From the NCBI GenBank assembly GCA_963799845.1, contig CAWCYI010000001.1, positions 32,001 through 96,000 on the forward strand: DNA of 64,000 nucleotides, read 5' to 3'. The stretch's first letter is position 1. Every line of letters starts with the position of its first letter. Positions 9,240-18,921 of this stretch are shown in pieces. A model generated the notes under the pieces. That model saw nothing but the letters and a program-made list of their open reading frames with translations. It did no database searches and had not been told where the DNA came from. The stretch comes from an uncultured Nitrososphaerota archaeon. Its GTDB lineage: Archaea > Thermoproteota > Nitrososphaeria > Nitrososphaerales > CADDZS01. The position numbers and the translations under genes are program-made.

Positions 9240-10337
9240 TTACAGCTCTTCCCTCTGCTCCTGCAGGCTCGCTGGAATTTTCGCGAAAACATCTTCAAAC
9301 ATCGTTTCGACTGCGGGAGGAGGTACTTTCTCGGCTTTGGAAATGCCCTCGCTCACAGACGACTCTAATTGCCTTCTCAGCTTCGTCTCCTCCAATTCGG
9401 ACCAGGCTGAGCGATTTTCCAGATAAAGTCTCAACCTGATCAAGGGATCTTTTTTCCTCCACTCTTCGACCTCCTCGTTTGACCTGTACTTTTTCCAGTC
9501 GTCGGAGGTGGAATGTGCTCCCAACCGGTACGTGACGCACTCCAAAAGCGTTGGGCCGCCACCCCGTCTTGCTTTATCGACGGCGTCCTTGGTCGCAGCA
9601 TAAACTGCGAGAAAATCGTTTCCATCAACCCGGACTCCCCCGAACCCGTACACCTCGGCCTTTATCGCGATGCTTTCTGACGCCGTCTGGTTTGTTACTG
9701 GAACTGATATCGCGTACTGATTGTTCTCGCAGAGGAAGACGCTCTGGGCTTTGAACACCCCGGCAAAGTTCATGCTAACGTGAAACTCACCCGAGGAAGA
9801 CGCACCGTCGCCGAACGTGGAAAGCGTGACGGAGTCATCGTGACGGTACTTCGCGGCGATCGCAAATCCCACGGCGAGCTGCAGGTGGCTTGCAATCGGG
9901 GCGGCAAGGGAGAATATCCGGTATTTCTTCCAGCCATAAGCGTTTGGCAGGTCTCTTCCAAGTGATTCGTCCTCGGCGTTCCCAAATAACCTGTCGAGCA
10001 GGCTATCCATCGGGACCCCCCTCTGGATCATGATTCCCAAGTCTCGGTACATCGGAAACACCCAGTCCGAATCTTTTAGGGCAGCCATGCTTCCCACTTG
10101 ACACGCTTCCTGACCGGAGCACGAAACGTATGTCCCCATTCGCCCCTGCCTCTGGAGGGAGATCATCTTTTCATCGAGGATCCGAGTCAAAACCATATTT
10201 TTGTAAGCTGAAACGATCTGGTCATCATCCAGAAGAGGATTCTGCGAAGATACCAGAACGCCATCCGGTTTCAAAATTTGTAGAAAACTGGCAGAACTAT
10301 CTCCTTTTTTCAGAGGATGAAATCCGGACTGCGACAA
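9240..10337 (-). CDS. pdhA: 2-oxoacid dehydrogenase E1 alpha subunit (pyruvate or branched-chain)
   Basis: LQRQGR, GQEA, TPP motif GDGASSSGEFH...ENNQY, YRLGAHSTSDD. Confidence 0.9.
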   Translation of the reverse strand: MSQSGFHPLKKGDSSASFLQILKPDGVLVSSQNPLLDDDQIVSAYKNMVLTRILDEKMISLQRQGRMGTYVSCSGQEACQVGSMAALKDSDWVFPMYRDLGIMIQRGVPMDSLLDRLFGNAEDESLGRDLPNAYGWKKYRIFSLAAPIASHLQLAVGFAIAAKYRHDDSVTLSTFGDGASSSGEFHVSMNFAGVFKAQSVFLCENNQYAISVPVTNQTASESIAIKAEVYGFGGVRVDGNDFLAVYAATKDAVDKARRGGGPTLLECVTYRLGAHSTSDDWKKYRSNEEVEEWRKKDPLIRLRLYLENRSAWSELEETKLRRQLESSVSEGISKAEKVPPPAVETMFEDVFAKIPASLQEQREEL

Positions 10338-10343
10338 TCTAGG

Positions 10344-11687
10344 CTAGCTCCCGACAGCCCTTGTTACGCGAACGTCCTTTATCATCATCGCGGGAGCAAG
10401 TGTCGGGGTGCTCACTTCCCACCACTTTATCCATTCTCGATCCTTTGAGATCATCTCAATGTTCGACAGCTGTCTCGGAACCGAATCGCTCAGTCTGAAA
10501 CCGCTAACCGGTTCTTTGATCTCTCCACCCCGTATTCGAAATGCCGCGTCTCTAGGGACGGTAGAGTAATCTCCCGTTCGCATGTTCTGGTACCTGGTAT
10601 ACCAGTTGTTGGTTACGAGCAAACCGTCTTCAGTTTCGCGAATCATTTCGTCCAAGGAGATGTTGCCTCCACCGAAAATTATCGTCACAGGTCTCGGGGC
10701 GATTATCCCGGCGTTTCCGGTAGATCTATCCTTCCCGAACTTTTTGGCCGTCGAGGAGTTGTGAAGCATCGTTTGGAATGTTCCGTTTGAAATGATGTGG
10801 TTTGTGCCCGTCGGAAGACCTTCGTCATCGAAAACTCGTCCGCCTAGTCCAGGGTCGAAGACACCCTCATCGTCAATATTGAGCTGGTCAACCGCAACCT
10901 TCTGCCCGAGCTTATCGGCCAGGAACGAATTTCCGGATTCGATAGCAAAGGCCGAGGCCGAGCTAGCGACGGGCATGATGTTAGCAACGACCGTCGGTGT
11001 GAAAATGACCTTGTAGAGACCCTCCGAGACTGGACCCGAATTGATAGACTTTCCTGCGTATTCTCCAGCCCTCCTTCCAGCTCTATCGGGATGAAATTCG
11101 GACAGATATGAAGAACAGGAGAGCCCGTGACCGGACGAGTTATCGTCGGCAAATGCCCTAATATTTAGGAGGATCTGCGACTGCTTGTCCGAACCGTTAA
11201 CCCCTCCTGAAGTGAGGATGTAAAGGTCTGTCGTATCGGAGTTGAGCGATCCACTCGCGCGGACGGCTCCCGCATCCAGTGCACTATCTATTGCTTCTTT
11301 CGTAAATTCTACGATAGGCGCGTCCTCAACCTTGGAATCAAAATTCGCGTGAGTCCTGTAGCTGAAGGGCCCGCGCGGGAGCTGAACATAATCATCGCTT
11401 TCCGGAAGAGCTCGGCAGGAGCGCACGAGGTTTCCGACGAACCGCTCTATTCCGCGACCGGTCGGGTTGTATGAAGAACCGACGATCCTCTTCTTTGCGA
11501 GCGCGAGATAAACGTCGAGAGTGATATTCCGGACGCTATTCACGAGAGTTATCGAGTTGTTGGCAAAGCGCACCTGATTTTCGTTTGACACTGCACAGAG
11601 AACGGAAACGTCCTGGCAGCCGAGTTTGAGAGCTTCGTCCAGCGCGAGCCTGGCAACTTCCTGCTGGCTGATCTGCTCTGACATCAT
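10344..11687 (-). CDS. PmbA/TldE family protein
   Basis: QVRFANN, FDDEG, STGNAG. ATG at 11687 (or 11684) overlaps the TldD stop. Confidence 0.9.
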   Translation of the reverse strand: MMSEQISQQEVARLALDEALKLGCQDVSVLCAVSNENQVRFANNSITLVNSVRNITLDVYLALAKKRIVGSSYNPTGRGIERFVGNLVRSCRALPESDDYVQLPRGPFSYRTHANFDSKVEDAPIVEFTKEAIDSALDAGAVRASGSLNSDTTDLYILTSGGVNGSDKQSQILLNIRAFADDNSSGHGLSCSSYLSEFHPDRAGRRAGEYAGKSINSGPVSEGLYKVIFTPTVVANIMPVASSASAFAIESGNSFLADKLGQKVAVDQLNIDDEGVFDPGLGGRVFDDEGLPTGTNHIISNGTFQTMLHNSSTAKKFGKDRSTGNAGIIAPRPVTIIFGGGNISLDEMIRETEDGLLVTNNWYTRYQNMRTGDYSTVPRDAAFRIRGGEIKEPVSGFRLSDSVPRQLSNIEMISKDREWIKWWEVSTPTLAPAMMIKDVRVTRAVGS

Positions 11688-13132
11688 CTCGTCCCGACTC
11701 TCACGTTCTTCAGTCGAATGTGCGGAGCGCCGAAGAAGACTGGAGCTCCCTGCATCGGGTCGCCCTTCCCGCAGGTCCCGCACGTATACTGGAGGTCGTT
11801 TGCCCTCGCGTCTATGCTCCCCCAGTACTTCGGCGTCGTAATTTCAAGGACGGGATCTTTGATCGCATCCTTCAGGGTACCGTTCTCGATCAAGTAAGCC
11901 TCCAGCCCGACGTACCTCTGGTTCAGCCGCTTGTCGTCGATGTTCCACTCCATGAAACTCTTGATGTAGACTCCCCGCTTCGTATCCTTCAGCATCTCTT
12001 CAAATGTCCAATCGCCCGGTTCGATGAACGTGTTAGCCATTCGAATGATGGGCTCGCGGTCAAACTGAACGGCCCTCGAAGATCCGTTGCTCTTGACCTT
12101 GAAGACTTCGGCTGTTGCTCTATTCTGCAAAAATTCGGTAAACTTTCCAGCTGTGATCAGTCTGCGCTTTCCTGCCTTCACACCCTCGTCATCGTAAAGG
12201 TAGAATCCCATAGAGTTCGGAATCGTGGGATCGTCAGAGACATACGCTTCTTCGCTGCCGATCTCCATCCCGAGTTTGTCCGGTTTCAGAAACGATTCAC
12301 CCGCCTGGGCACCTTCTCGCCCCAAAATTCTGTCAGCCTCTCCGGGATGACCGCAGGACTCATGGCTGGTCAAGCCAGCAACGTTCGGACCCAAGATTAT
12401 GCTCAGCGTCTCGTCCTTTGGAGGTTTAGCGCTGGCCTTTACGCCATTCGTGATCTCCTTCAATTGGGAAGGGACAAATTCATTGAGGTTCAGTCTGTCG
12501 ATTATCTCCCAGCCGCCGGTGCCCCCGACTCCTGAATAACCGGGAGGAACAGAAATGGTCGAAGGCTTGCCTTCATACAGACCCGTGAGCAGACAGAGAT
12601 ATCCGACCCGGGGAACTCTGCTCCTGAGCTTCGACCCATCGGAATTCTCGTAGTACTTTTCGTCAGTGGAGTAGAAAATAATCAGGTTCCGGTTGGGGAA
12701 GGACACGCCAGCGACCGATTGGGGAATGGAACGATCGATATCTTTCAAAAACAAGATCATGAATTCCGCAGAAACGTCTTCGAGCTTCTCTTTCTCCTCA
12801 ACTGACCAGTTGGCTTCGTTGCTCTTCTCAGATGAAAAGCGGATCTTTTCCTTCGTTATCGAGGAAGCGACCTTCGCGTTTTTCACCATCCTATCGACGA
12901 GATCTGCAACTGACTGTTTGGAAACTAGATTCGTTGCCCCGAACGCAAGAGCTCCGTTGAAAAGTATTCTCACTCCAATGCCTTCCGCATCAGAAACGGC
13001 AGCTGGCTCGGCCTCTCCGTTTCGTACAAAACAGGTCAGGTCTGTGGTTCGCTGAAACCGGGCTTCAGAGTACTCGCAATTTTTTTGCCGTGCCAGATCG
13101 ACGGCATACGAAACTAATTCGTCAGCCAACAA
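11684..13132 (-). CDS. tldD: TldD family metalloprotease
   Basis: HESCGH metal motif, YDDEGV, PIIRMANTF, C-terminal CGKG. Confidence 0.93.
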   Translation of the reverse strand: MLADELVSYAVDLARQKNCEYSEARFQRTTDLTCFVRNGEAEPAAVSDAEGIGVRILFNGALAFGATNLVSKQSVADLVDRMVKNAKVASSITKEKIRFSSEKSNEANWSVEEKEKLEDVSAEFMILFLKDIDRSIPQSVAGVSFPNRNLIIFYSTDEKYYENSDGSKLRSRVPRVGYLCLLTGLYEGKPSTISVPPGYSGVGGTGGWEIIDRLNLNEFVPSQLKEITNGVKASAKPPKDETLSIILGPNVAGLTSHESCGHPGEADRILGREGAQAGESFLKPDKLGMEIGSEEAYVSDDPTIPNSMGFYLYDDEGVKAGKRRLITAGKFTEFLQNRATAEVFKVKSNGSSRAVQFDREPIIRMANTFIEPGDWTFEEMLKDTKRGVYIKSFMEWNIDDKRLNQRYVGLEAYLIENGTLKDAIKDPVLEITTPKYWGSIDARANDLQYTCGTCGKGDPMQGAPVFFGAPHIRLKNVRVGTR

Positions 13133-13249
13133 ATCAACTGAAGCTAGCTCGGCTAATTCTCTATTTCTTAGTTTCCCTGAAGCAGACCGGACAAAAAACC
13201 TGATGTGAAACTACAAACTTATCTGCCGTCTTTCAAACTCAATGGCTCG

Positions 13250-13570
13250 ATGTTCACCCGGATCTGCAAGGTCTCAGAGATTCAGGAGGGCGAACTTTAC
13301 AGATTCGATGTAAGGGACAAAGCCCTGCTTGTCGTTCGGTTTCAGGGAAGTTTTTTCGTCACTGACTCGACCTGCACTCATGAGGAAGCCGATCTATCGC
13401 TTGGAATGTTTAGCGGTGGCGTGGTGAGCTGCCCCCTTCATCGAGCAAGGTTTGACGTGGAGACCGGCGACGTGATAGCGGGTCCCGATGGTGGGCCGCC
13501 AACGGTGATATCGAAGCTAAAGACGTATTCTACAAGAATTGAGGGCGGCGAACTCTTGGCCGACCTATAG
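13250..13570 (+). CDS. Rieske [2Fe-2S] ferredoxin
   Basis: CTH and CPLH motifs; ATG at 13250. Confidence 0.9.
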   Translation: MFTRICKVSEIQEGELYRFDVRDKALLVVRFQGSFFVTDSTCTHEEADLSLGMFSGGVVSCPLHRARFDVETGDVIAGPDGGPPTVISKLKTYSTRIEGGELLADL

Positions 13571-13618
13571 CAATCTGACAGAATACTTGAAATCTCGCGG
13601 GAACATTTTGTATCCATC

Positions 13619-14773
13619 GTGCAATCCGAAGCAGCAAAAAACGAGGATGATGTTCCCGCTGTCTCTCTTGTAGATATCTTCTTCAAGGCAAAGGAGCTCG
13701 AGCGCAAGGGCTTTGATATAATCCACTTTGACGCGGGGGAGCCGGATTTTGATCCCCCGGAAGAGGTCGTTGACGCAACTGTTAGGGCGCTGAAGGAAGG
13801 TCACGGTAGGTACACTGAATCCGGAGGGATATCTAGGGCCAGAAAAGCGGTTGCCGAAAGTCTCAACAAGAAATACCATCGAGACATCAATCCGAACCAG
13901 GTCTTGGTGACAGCCGGCGGAAGGCTGGCGCTCTACTACGCATTCCTCAGCTTGCCGGGAAACTCGAAGGTCGGAATCCTGTCGCCGGACTGGCCCGCCT
14001 ACAGGGACATCTCGAACTTCCTCTCCCTGCCGATCCAATTTTTCAGATCTACGCTGGAGAAGGGGTGGGAGGTCGACCTCGACGAAATCAGGAGGAGCGA
14101 TTGCAGCGCGATCGTCTTGAACTATCCCAATAATCCGACGGGGAAAATTCTGGATCAAAAAACCTTCGAGGAGTTAGTTCAGATTGCAAATGACAAGGAA
14201 ATGACTATCATAAGCGATGAGGTTTACTCTGATTATGTTTTGGATCCTTCGAAGAGATTCAAGAGCATTCTCCAAATGCCCGATACGAAGAGCGTCTTCG
14301 TCACTTCGCTATCCAAGAGCTACGCGATGACTGGATTTAGAGCAGCATACATCGTTTCAGACCTGGCGACAATTTCTCGGCTGATCAGAATCAACAGCAT
14401 GATCATAACAAGCATGCCGGAGTTTGTCCAATACGGCCTGATCACCGCCCTGAAGTGCGACGATTATGTGCGGGATAAGGTGGCGTTGATTCGAAGGCGG
14501 CGAGACGTTGCCGCTGTAGCCTTGAAGAAATATCTGGATGCAGAGTTCTATCTCAGCGACGGTTCGATGTACATGTTCCCTAGGCTGCACTCGAAAAAAG
14601 GCAGCTTCAACTCGGAGAAATTTGCCCTCCAGTTGCTTGAATCGCAGTCAGTTTCGGTCACTCCGGGTACTTCGTTCGGAAGTCCATTCCTTGACCACAT
14701 CAGGATAACTCTTCTTCAAAGCGAAGCAAGGATAGAAGAGGGTATAGAAAGAATGTCGAGACTTCTGAATTAG
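13619..14773 (+). CDS. PLP-dependent aminotransferase class I/II
   Basis: GEPDF, NYPNNPTG, SDEVY, SLSKSYAMTGFR. Confidence 0.93.
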   Translation: MQSEAAKNEDDVPAVSLVDIFFKAKELERKGFDIIHFDAGEPDFDPPEEVVDATVRALKEGHGRYTESGGISRARKAVAESLNKKYHRDINPNQVLVTAGGRLALYYAFLSLPGNSKVGILSPDWPAYRDISNFLSLPIQFFRSTLEKGWEVDLDEIRRSDCSAIVLNYPNNPTGKILDQKTFEELVQIANDKEMTIISDEVYSDYVLDPSKRFKSILQMPDTKSVFVTSLSKSYAMTGFRAAYIVSDLATISRLIRINSMIITSMPEFVQYGLITALKCDDYVRDKVALIRRRRDVAAVALKKYLDAEFYLSDGSMYMFPRLHSKKGSFNSEKFALQLLESQSVSVTPGTSFGSPFLDHIRITLLQSEARIEEGIERMSRLLN

Positions 14774-14791
14774 TGCTTAGCTCCGTCAGCA

Positions 14792-15334
14792 GTGTTTTAT
14801 TTGATCAGGCAGAGACGCGATTCAAAGTCAGAATATGCTGAAACGAAGGGGAGAATCGACTTTACCGATCCAATCATTGTTTATTTTGACGGGCTGTGCG
14901 AACCTAAGAATCCAGGCGGAGTCGCAACTTATGGCGTTGTCGTAAAGAACGAGGGAAAGACGATTTTCGAAGGCTCTGGCCTCGCGTACGCGAAACCATG
15001 GACTGACGAAGCTTCAAACAACGTTGCAGAGTATTCCGCCCTCATACATGCTCTAGAATGGCTCAGGAAAAATGAGATGCAGGCTTCGCCCATAATCGTA
15101 CGCGGAGATTCCCGTCTCATAATCAATCAAATGAAGGGGGTCTTCAAGGTCAAAGCCAGAAGAATACTCGAACTCCACCAGCAAGCGTCGAAATTGCTTT
15201 CGGAGTTCAAAAATCTTCATTTGGAATGGGTGGACAGATCACGAAACGCGGAAGCCGACAGATTGAGCAGATTCGCGTATCACAAGTTCAAGAAAAAGTC
15301 TGCACCGTCATGGCGTGAAGCTAACTCCTTTTAA
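14792..15334 (+). CDS. rnhA: Ribonuclease HI (archaeal type 1)
   Basis: YFDG, NNVAEY, RGDS, N.EADRL give the DEDD catalytic set; start uncertain. Confidence 0.9.
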   Translation: MFYLIRQRRDSKSEYAETKGRIDFTDPIIVYFDGLCEPKNPGGVATYGVVVKNEGKTIFEGSGLAYAKPWTDEASNNVAEYSALIHALEWLRKNEMQASPIIVRGDSRLIINQMKGVFKVKARRILELHQQASKLLSEFKNLHLEWVDRSRNAEADRLSRFAYHKFKKKSAPSWREANSF

Positions 15335-15383
15335 GAAACGAAGTGAATTTCTGTCCAAACACTCCATCGGAGTGTGCTAACAT

Positions 15384-15854
15384 TTGTCAATCGAAGACCC
15401 ACAGCTGCTAATACGAAGAATCAAGGAAGGTACTGTAATTGATCATATCAGGGCCGGCGAAGCGCTGCGAGTCCTGCAGATTCTTGGGATAAACGGCAAG
15501 GAGGGGGAGATTGTCAGCGTAGCTATGAATGTCCCAAGCTCGAAGATCAACAAGAAGGACGTGGTCAAGGTGGCAAACAGATTCTTGAAGAGCGAGGAGA
15601 CGGACAAGCTCGCTCTTGTCGCGCCGCAGGCAACCGTGAACTTGATAAAAAACTACAAAGTTTCAGAAAAGCGAAAGGTCGAACTTCCGCTAGTGTTCAG
15701 GGGATTGCTGAGATGCCCGAATCCGACGTGCGTTTCGAACATGCCCCACGAACCCATAGTCTCGACCATCGACGTCATCGACAAGGATATGCCCCTACTG
15801 AAGTGTCGATTTTGCCAGCGTCTAATTACCGCGAGCGACACGGTTCTGGTCTAG
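15384..15854 (+). CDS. pyrI: Aspartate carbamoyltransferase regulatory subunit
   Basis: IKEGTVIDHI, CPNPTC and CRFC zinc ligands. Confidence 0.95.
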   Translation: MSIEDPQLLIRRIKEGTVIDHIRAGEALRVLQILGINGKEGEIVSVAMNVPSSKINKKDVVKVANRFLKSEETDKLALVAPQATVNLIKNYKVSEKRKVELPLVFRGLLRCPNPTCVSNMPHEPIVSTIDVIDKDMPLLKCRFCQRLITASDTVLV

Positions 15855-15873
15855 CAGAGGTTTGTGATCCTCT

Positions 15874-16110
15874 TTGGGATGGAAAAAGTCGACAAGAAAT
15901 CAAGCTCTCTTGTTGATTCTCGTCGTTGTCCCGATCTTGATGTTTGGTTTAGGCGTTAGTGGATTCCTCGTCGCGCGAGCGGTCGGGTTTGGTGACAATT
16001 CTATCTGGATAGCGCTCGTACTATCCACAATCGGTTTCGCCCTGTCAATCGTAATAACCCTAAGAGTCGGCAGAAGATACGAAAACCTGCCAGCTCAGCA
16101 GAAAAATTGA
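15874..16110 (+). CDS. Small 2-TM membrane protein
   Basis: Two hydrophobic helices with basic flanks. Confidence 0.6.
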   Translation: MGWKKSTRNQALLLILVVVPILMFGLGVSGFLVARAVGFGDNSIWIALVLSTIGFALSIVITLRVGRRYENLPAQQKN

Positions 16111-16152
16111 TCCAGTTTCCTGCTCATCGAGCAGAAACGTGGCTAGTTGAGC

Positions 16153-16497
16153 CTACAGCGACGTGAGAATGAAGACAATGACGAAACCGTAGATCGCGAT
16201 TCCTTCTCCGAGAACCACGATAACCAGCGCTCTTCCGAAGAGGTTGGGTTTCTCCGCAATTGCTGCGATTGCCGCCGAACCAGCGTAACCGACTGCGACT
16301 CCGGCGCCGAGCGCGGCGAGTCCGAATGCAATACCAGCGCCAAGAACACTTTCAGGATTTGCAGAAAGAGCGGTCGAACTGAAAAGATGAGCTACTAATC
16401 CTACGCTGGTATAAGCGTGGGCAGGCAGAGTCAACACGGAAAATAAAGCGTAACCGACGGCAAAACTGGAAATCATTAGAACAGCACTACTTCGCAA
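16153..16497 (-). CDS. atpK: A/V-type ATP synthase proteolipid subunit K (c)
   Basis: GxxxGxxxxGAG helix, AIAEKP loop, conserved Glu in LGEGIAIYG, extra N-terminal hydrophobic segment. Confidence 0.92.
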   Translation of the reverse strand: MRSSAVLMISSFAVGYALFSVLTLPAHAYTSVGLVAHLFSSTALSANPESVLGAGIAFGLAALGAGVAVGYAGSAAIAAIAEKPNLFGRALVIVVLGEGIAIYGFVIVFILTSL

Positions 16498-16806
16498 AGC
16501 GTATCAAAAATCACTCCATCCATACTGATTATAAAAGTATTGGGAGAAGCTCTTCGATCTGAAACTATACAGCCTAAAAATTCTGTAGATGTTATGTAAA
16601 CTGGGAGTACCTCGGCGATTTCTAGGGCCCAATAATTTCAGGCTGATTTGCAAAGTACAATTTACTAAACTCGAAAAATTATTTTGAAATTTGCTTGATC
16701 TAGATCTTTCGATCTCGTGGATTACCGAAATCGTTAATACCCGTTGGCTGAGCCTAAATTTTCTCGGTAAAATCTTTCAGAATTTTTTGTTGGGTGCTTT
16801 TCATCT

Positions 16807-18921
16807 TTGGGAGTTTATACATTATCGAAGATCACCCTAATCGTTCCCCGGAGTGAGCTTCCGGAAGCTACGGGTTACATCGCGGAAATCGGTGACTTTC
16901 ACCCTACGTCTCCCGAAACAGATGTCTACGACAAGAAGCTTTCAGCTCTTGCTTCCAACGCTTACAAGATTTCCTCCGAACTAACTTACATCATTGACAA
17001 CATGAAGATGAACGTGGAGCCTTCGGCGATTCAAAAAGCGTTCGGAGGAATAAAGTACGACAAAACAGAGATTGAAGCCTGGAGCTGGGATGATTACGTT
17101 TCGAAGCTTGAAACCCGGTCTACTCCGATCATCAAATCCCTCGGTGATCTTATCCGGGAAAGGAGGGCTACGGAGAAAAAGCGGGACGATCTTCTCGCTC
17201 TCAAACGATCAGTTGGAACTATTTCCAACTACAACATTGACATGGGAAAAATTGAATCCATGCGAAGGTTCCATGTCGAATTTGTCATAGTAAACACTGC
17301 TGATCTTGTCGAAATAAGAAAGAGTCTGCCCGATTCCACGCTGATCGATGCCCCGATCTCCGACAAAGAATCCGCGCTATTGGTTATAGGAACCGTCGAC
17401 CAGACCGACAGGATCTCGAAGAGTCTCCGCAGTTTTGACGCCCGGAGCGTAACAATTCCGAAGGACCTGCCTCAGAGTCCCTTTGCCGCGACGCAGGAAA
17501 TTGATAGGAGGCTGGAGAGATTGGGAAAAGATCTGAGCGAGAACCAGACTCAGACCCAGTCCGCCGTGAAATCCACGACCGAAAGCATCTCCGGACTGCA
17601 GGAAGCTGCAGATCTCGCTTACAAGATCCTTGAAGAGCTGAAGAAATCTGGCAAGCTGAAACGTCTCTCGATTATTCAAGGATACGTCCCCTCGGAGCGC
17701 TTGACGCAGCTCCGGGAAAGAGTCAGTGACAGGTGGCCTCTCATCGCTCAGGAGATCGATCCTCAGCAGTCTTACGCCGAGGGTCTCCACGAAGCCGAGA
17801 CGGGCGCGACCGAAATTGATCAACCGCCAACAAAGTTCAGCTCGAAAAGTAAGCCCGTAGTCGCGCACGAGCCGATCACTCTTACCAGCGGTCCACCGGT
17901 TTACGGTGAATTCGATCCCACCCCGATCCTAACGGTAACTTTTCCCATATTCTACGGAATCATGTTTGGCGACGTTGGGCACGGCCTCCTGCTGATGATC
18001 GTCGGCGGAGTGATCTACGCGAGGGGTGTAAGGAGCATGAAAAATTGGGGACTCCTTTTACTGCTCGCTGGAATTTCAGCGACGTTTGTAGGCTTTATGG
18101 TCGGAGAGATTTTTGGATTCGAGTTGCCATTCGACGTGCCGAAAATGATCGGCTTGACCTGGCTTGAATCTCTGAAACAGGCGATAGGGCCTTCCAATCC
18201 GAATGGACTTGCCTTCAACACCGCGACGGTTCTTTTCTTCATCAAATTCACAATCTATGTCGGAATCGTTCACATATTCATCGGGCTGGGCGTTGGGGTC
18301 TACAACAAGATGAGGTCAGGAGAATACTGGCAGATGCTTGCAAGCCTTCTCCCGACGATCTCGGGCTACTCCTTCTTCCTTCTTTTTGGTTTCGCGTTTA
18401 AGGCAGCGCACTTTAATCTCGCAGCGGTAACTAATGGCTCAAACTTTCAGGCGAATATCGGCCTCGCGGGATTGATTGGATCGATAGTGTGGCTTTTCGC
18501 CGCTGGTCCTCTCCTTGCAAAATCCGGGAGGATCCATGGTTCTGTATTGTCTGAGGTAGGTCTGGCCACTATGGAGTTTCTGGAGTGGGTTGTTTCAAAG
18601 TTCGTTGGGAATACTGTTAGTTATGTGAGGTTGGCAATTTTGCTCGTAGTGCACGCGGCGCTACTCTCCGCAACAAACCTTCTCTTCTATTCCTACGGTT
18701 ATGCATCCATCCCAATTCTCGTTGTGATGAATCTGCTGATTTTCGCATTCGAAGGCTTGATCGTCTACGTGCAGAGCCTCAGGTTACACCTATACGAGTT
18801 TTTCTCGAAATTCTACGTGGGCACCGGAACTGAATTCAACAGCATAATGCCGGTGAAGGAGCACGTCAGCGTAAAATGGCTCGGTAAGAAACCCGAAAGC
18901 CAATTGATCGACAATAACTAG
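16807..18921 (+). CDS. atpI: A/V-type ATP synthase subunit I (a)
   Basis: PVYGEFDPTP, FYGIMFGDVGHG, NTVSYVRL, LRLHLYEFFSKFY. Confidence 0.95.
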   Translation: MGVYTLSKITLIVPRSELPEATGYIAEIGDFHPTSPETDVYDKKLSALASNAYKISSELTYIIDNMKMNVEPSAIQKAFGGIKYDKTEIEAWSWDDYVSKLETRSTPIIKSLGDLIRERRATEKKRDDLLALKRSVGTISNYNIDMGKIESMRRFHVEFVIVNTADLVEIRKSLPDSTLIDAPISDKESALLVIGTVDQTDRISKSLRSFDARSVTIPKDLPQSPFAATQEIDRRLERLGKDLSENQTQTQSAVKSTTESISGLQEAADLAYKILEELKKSGKLKRLSIIQGYVPSERLTQLRERVSDRWPLIAQEIDPQQSYAEGLHEAETGATEIDQPPTKFSSKSKPVVAHEPITLTSGPPVYGEFDPTPILTVTFPIFYGIMFGDVGHGLLLMIVGGVIYARGVRSMKNWGLLLLLAGISATFVGFMVGEIFGFELPFDVPKMIGLTWLESLKQAIGPSNPNGLAFNTATVLFFIKFTIYVGIVHIFIGLGVGVYNKMRSGEYWQMLASLLPTISGYSFFLLFGFAFKAAHFNLAAVTNGSNFQANIGLAGLIGSIVWLFAAGPLLAKSGRIHGSVLSEVGLATMEFLEWVVSKFVGNTVSYVRLAILLVVHAALLSATNLLFYSYGYASIPILVVMNLLIFAFEGLIVYVQSLRLHLYEFFSKFYVGTGTEFNSIMPVKEHVSVKWLGKKPESQLIDNN

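Noticed and set aside
11720-12535. 271-aa plus-strand ORF and the many similar antisense ORFs in the track
   Set aside because: Shadow frames of well-supported genes (here tldD) with no recognisable motifs.
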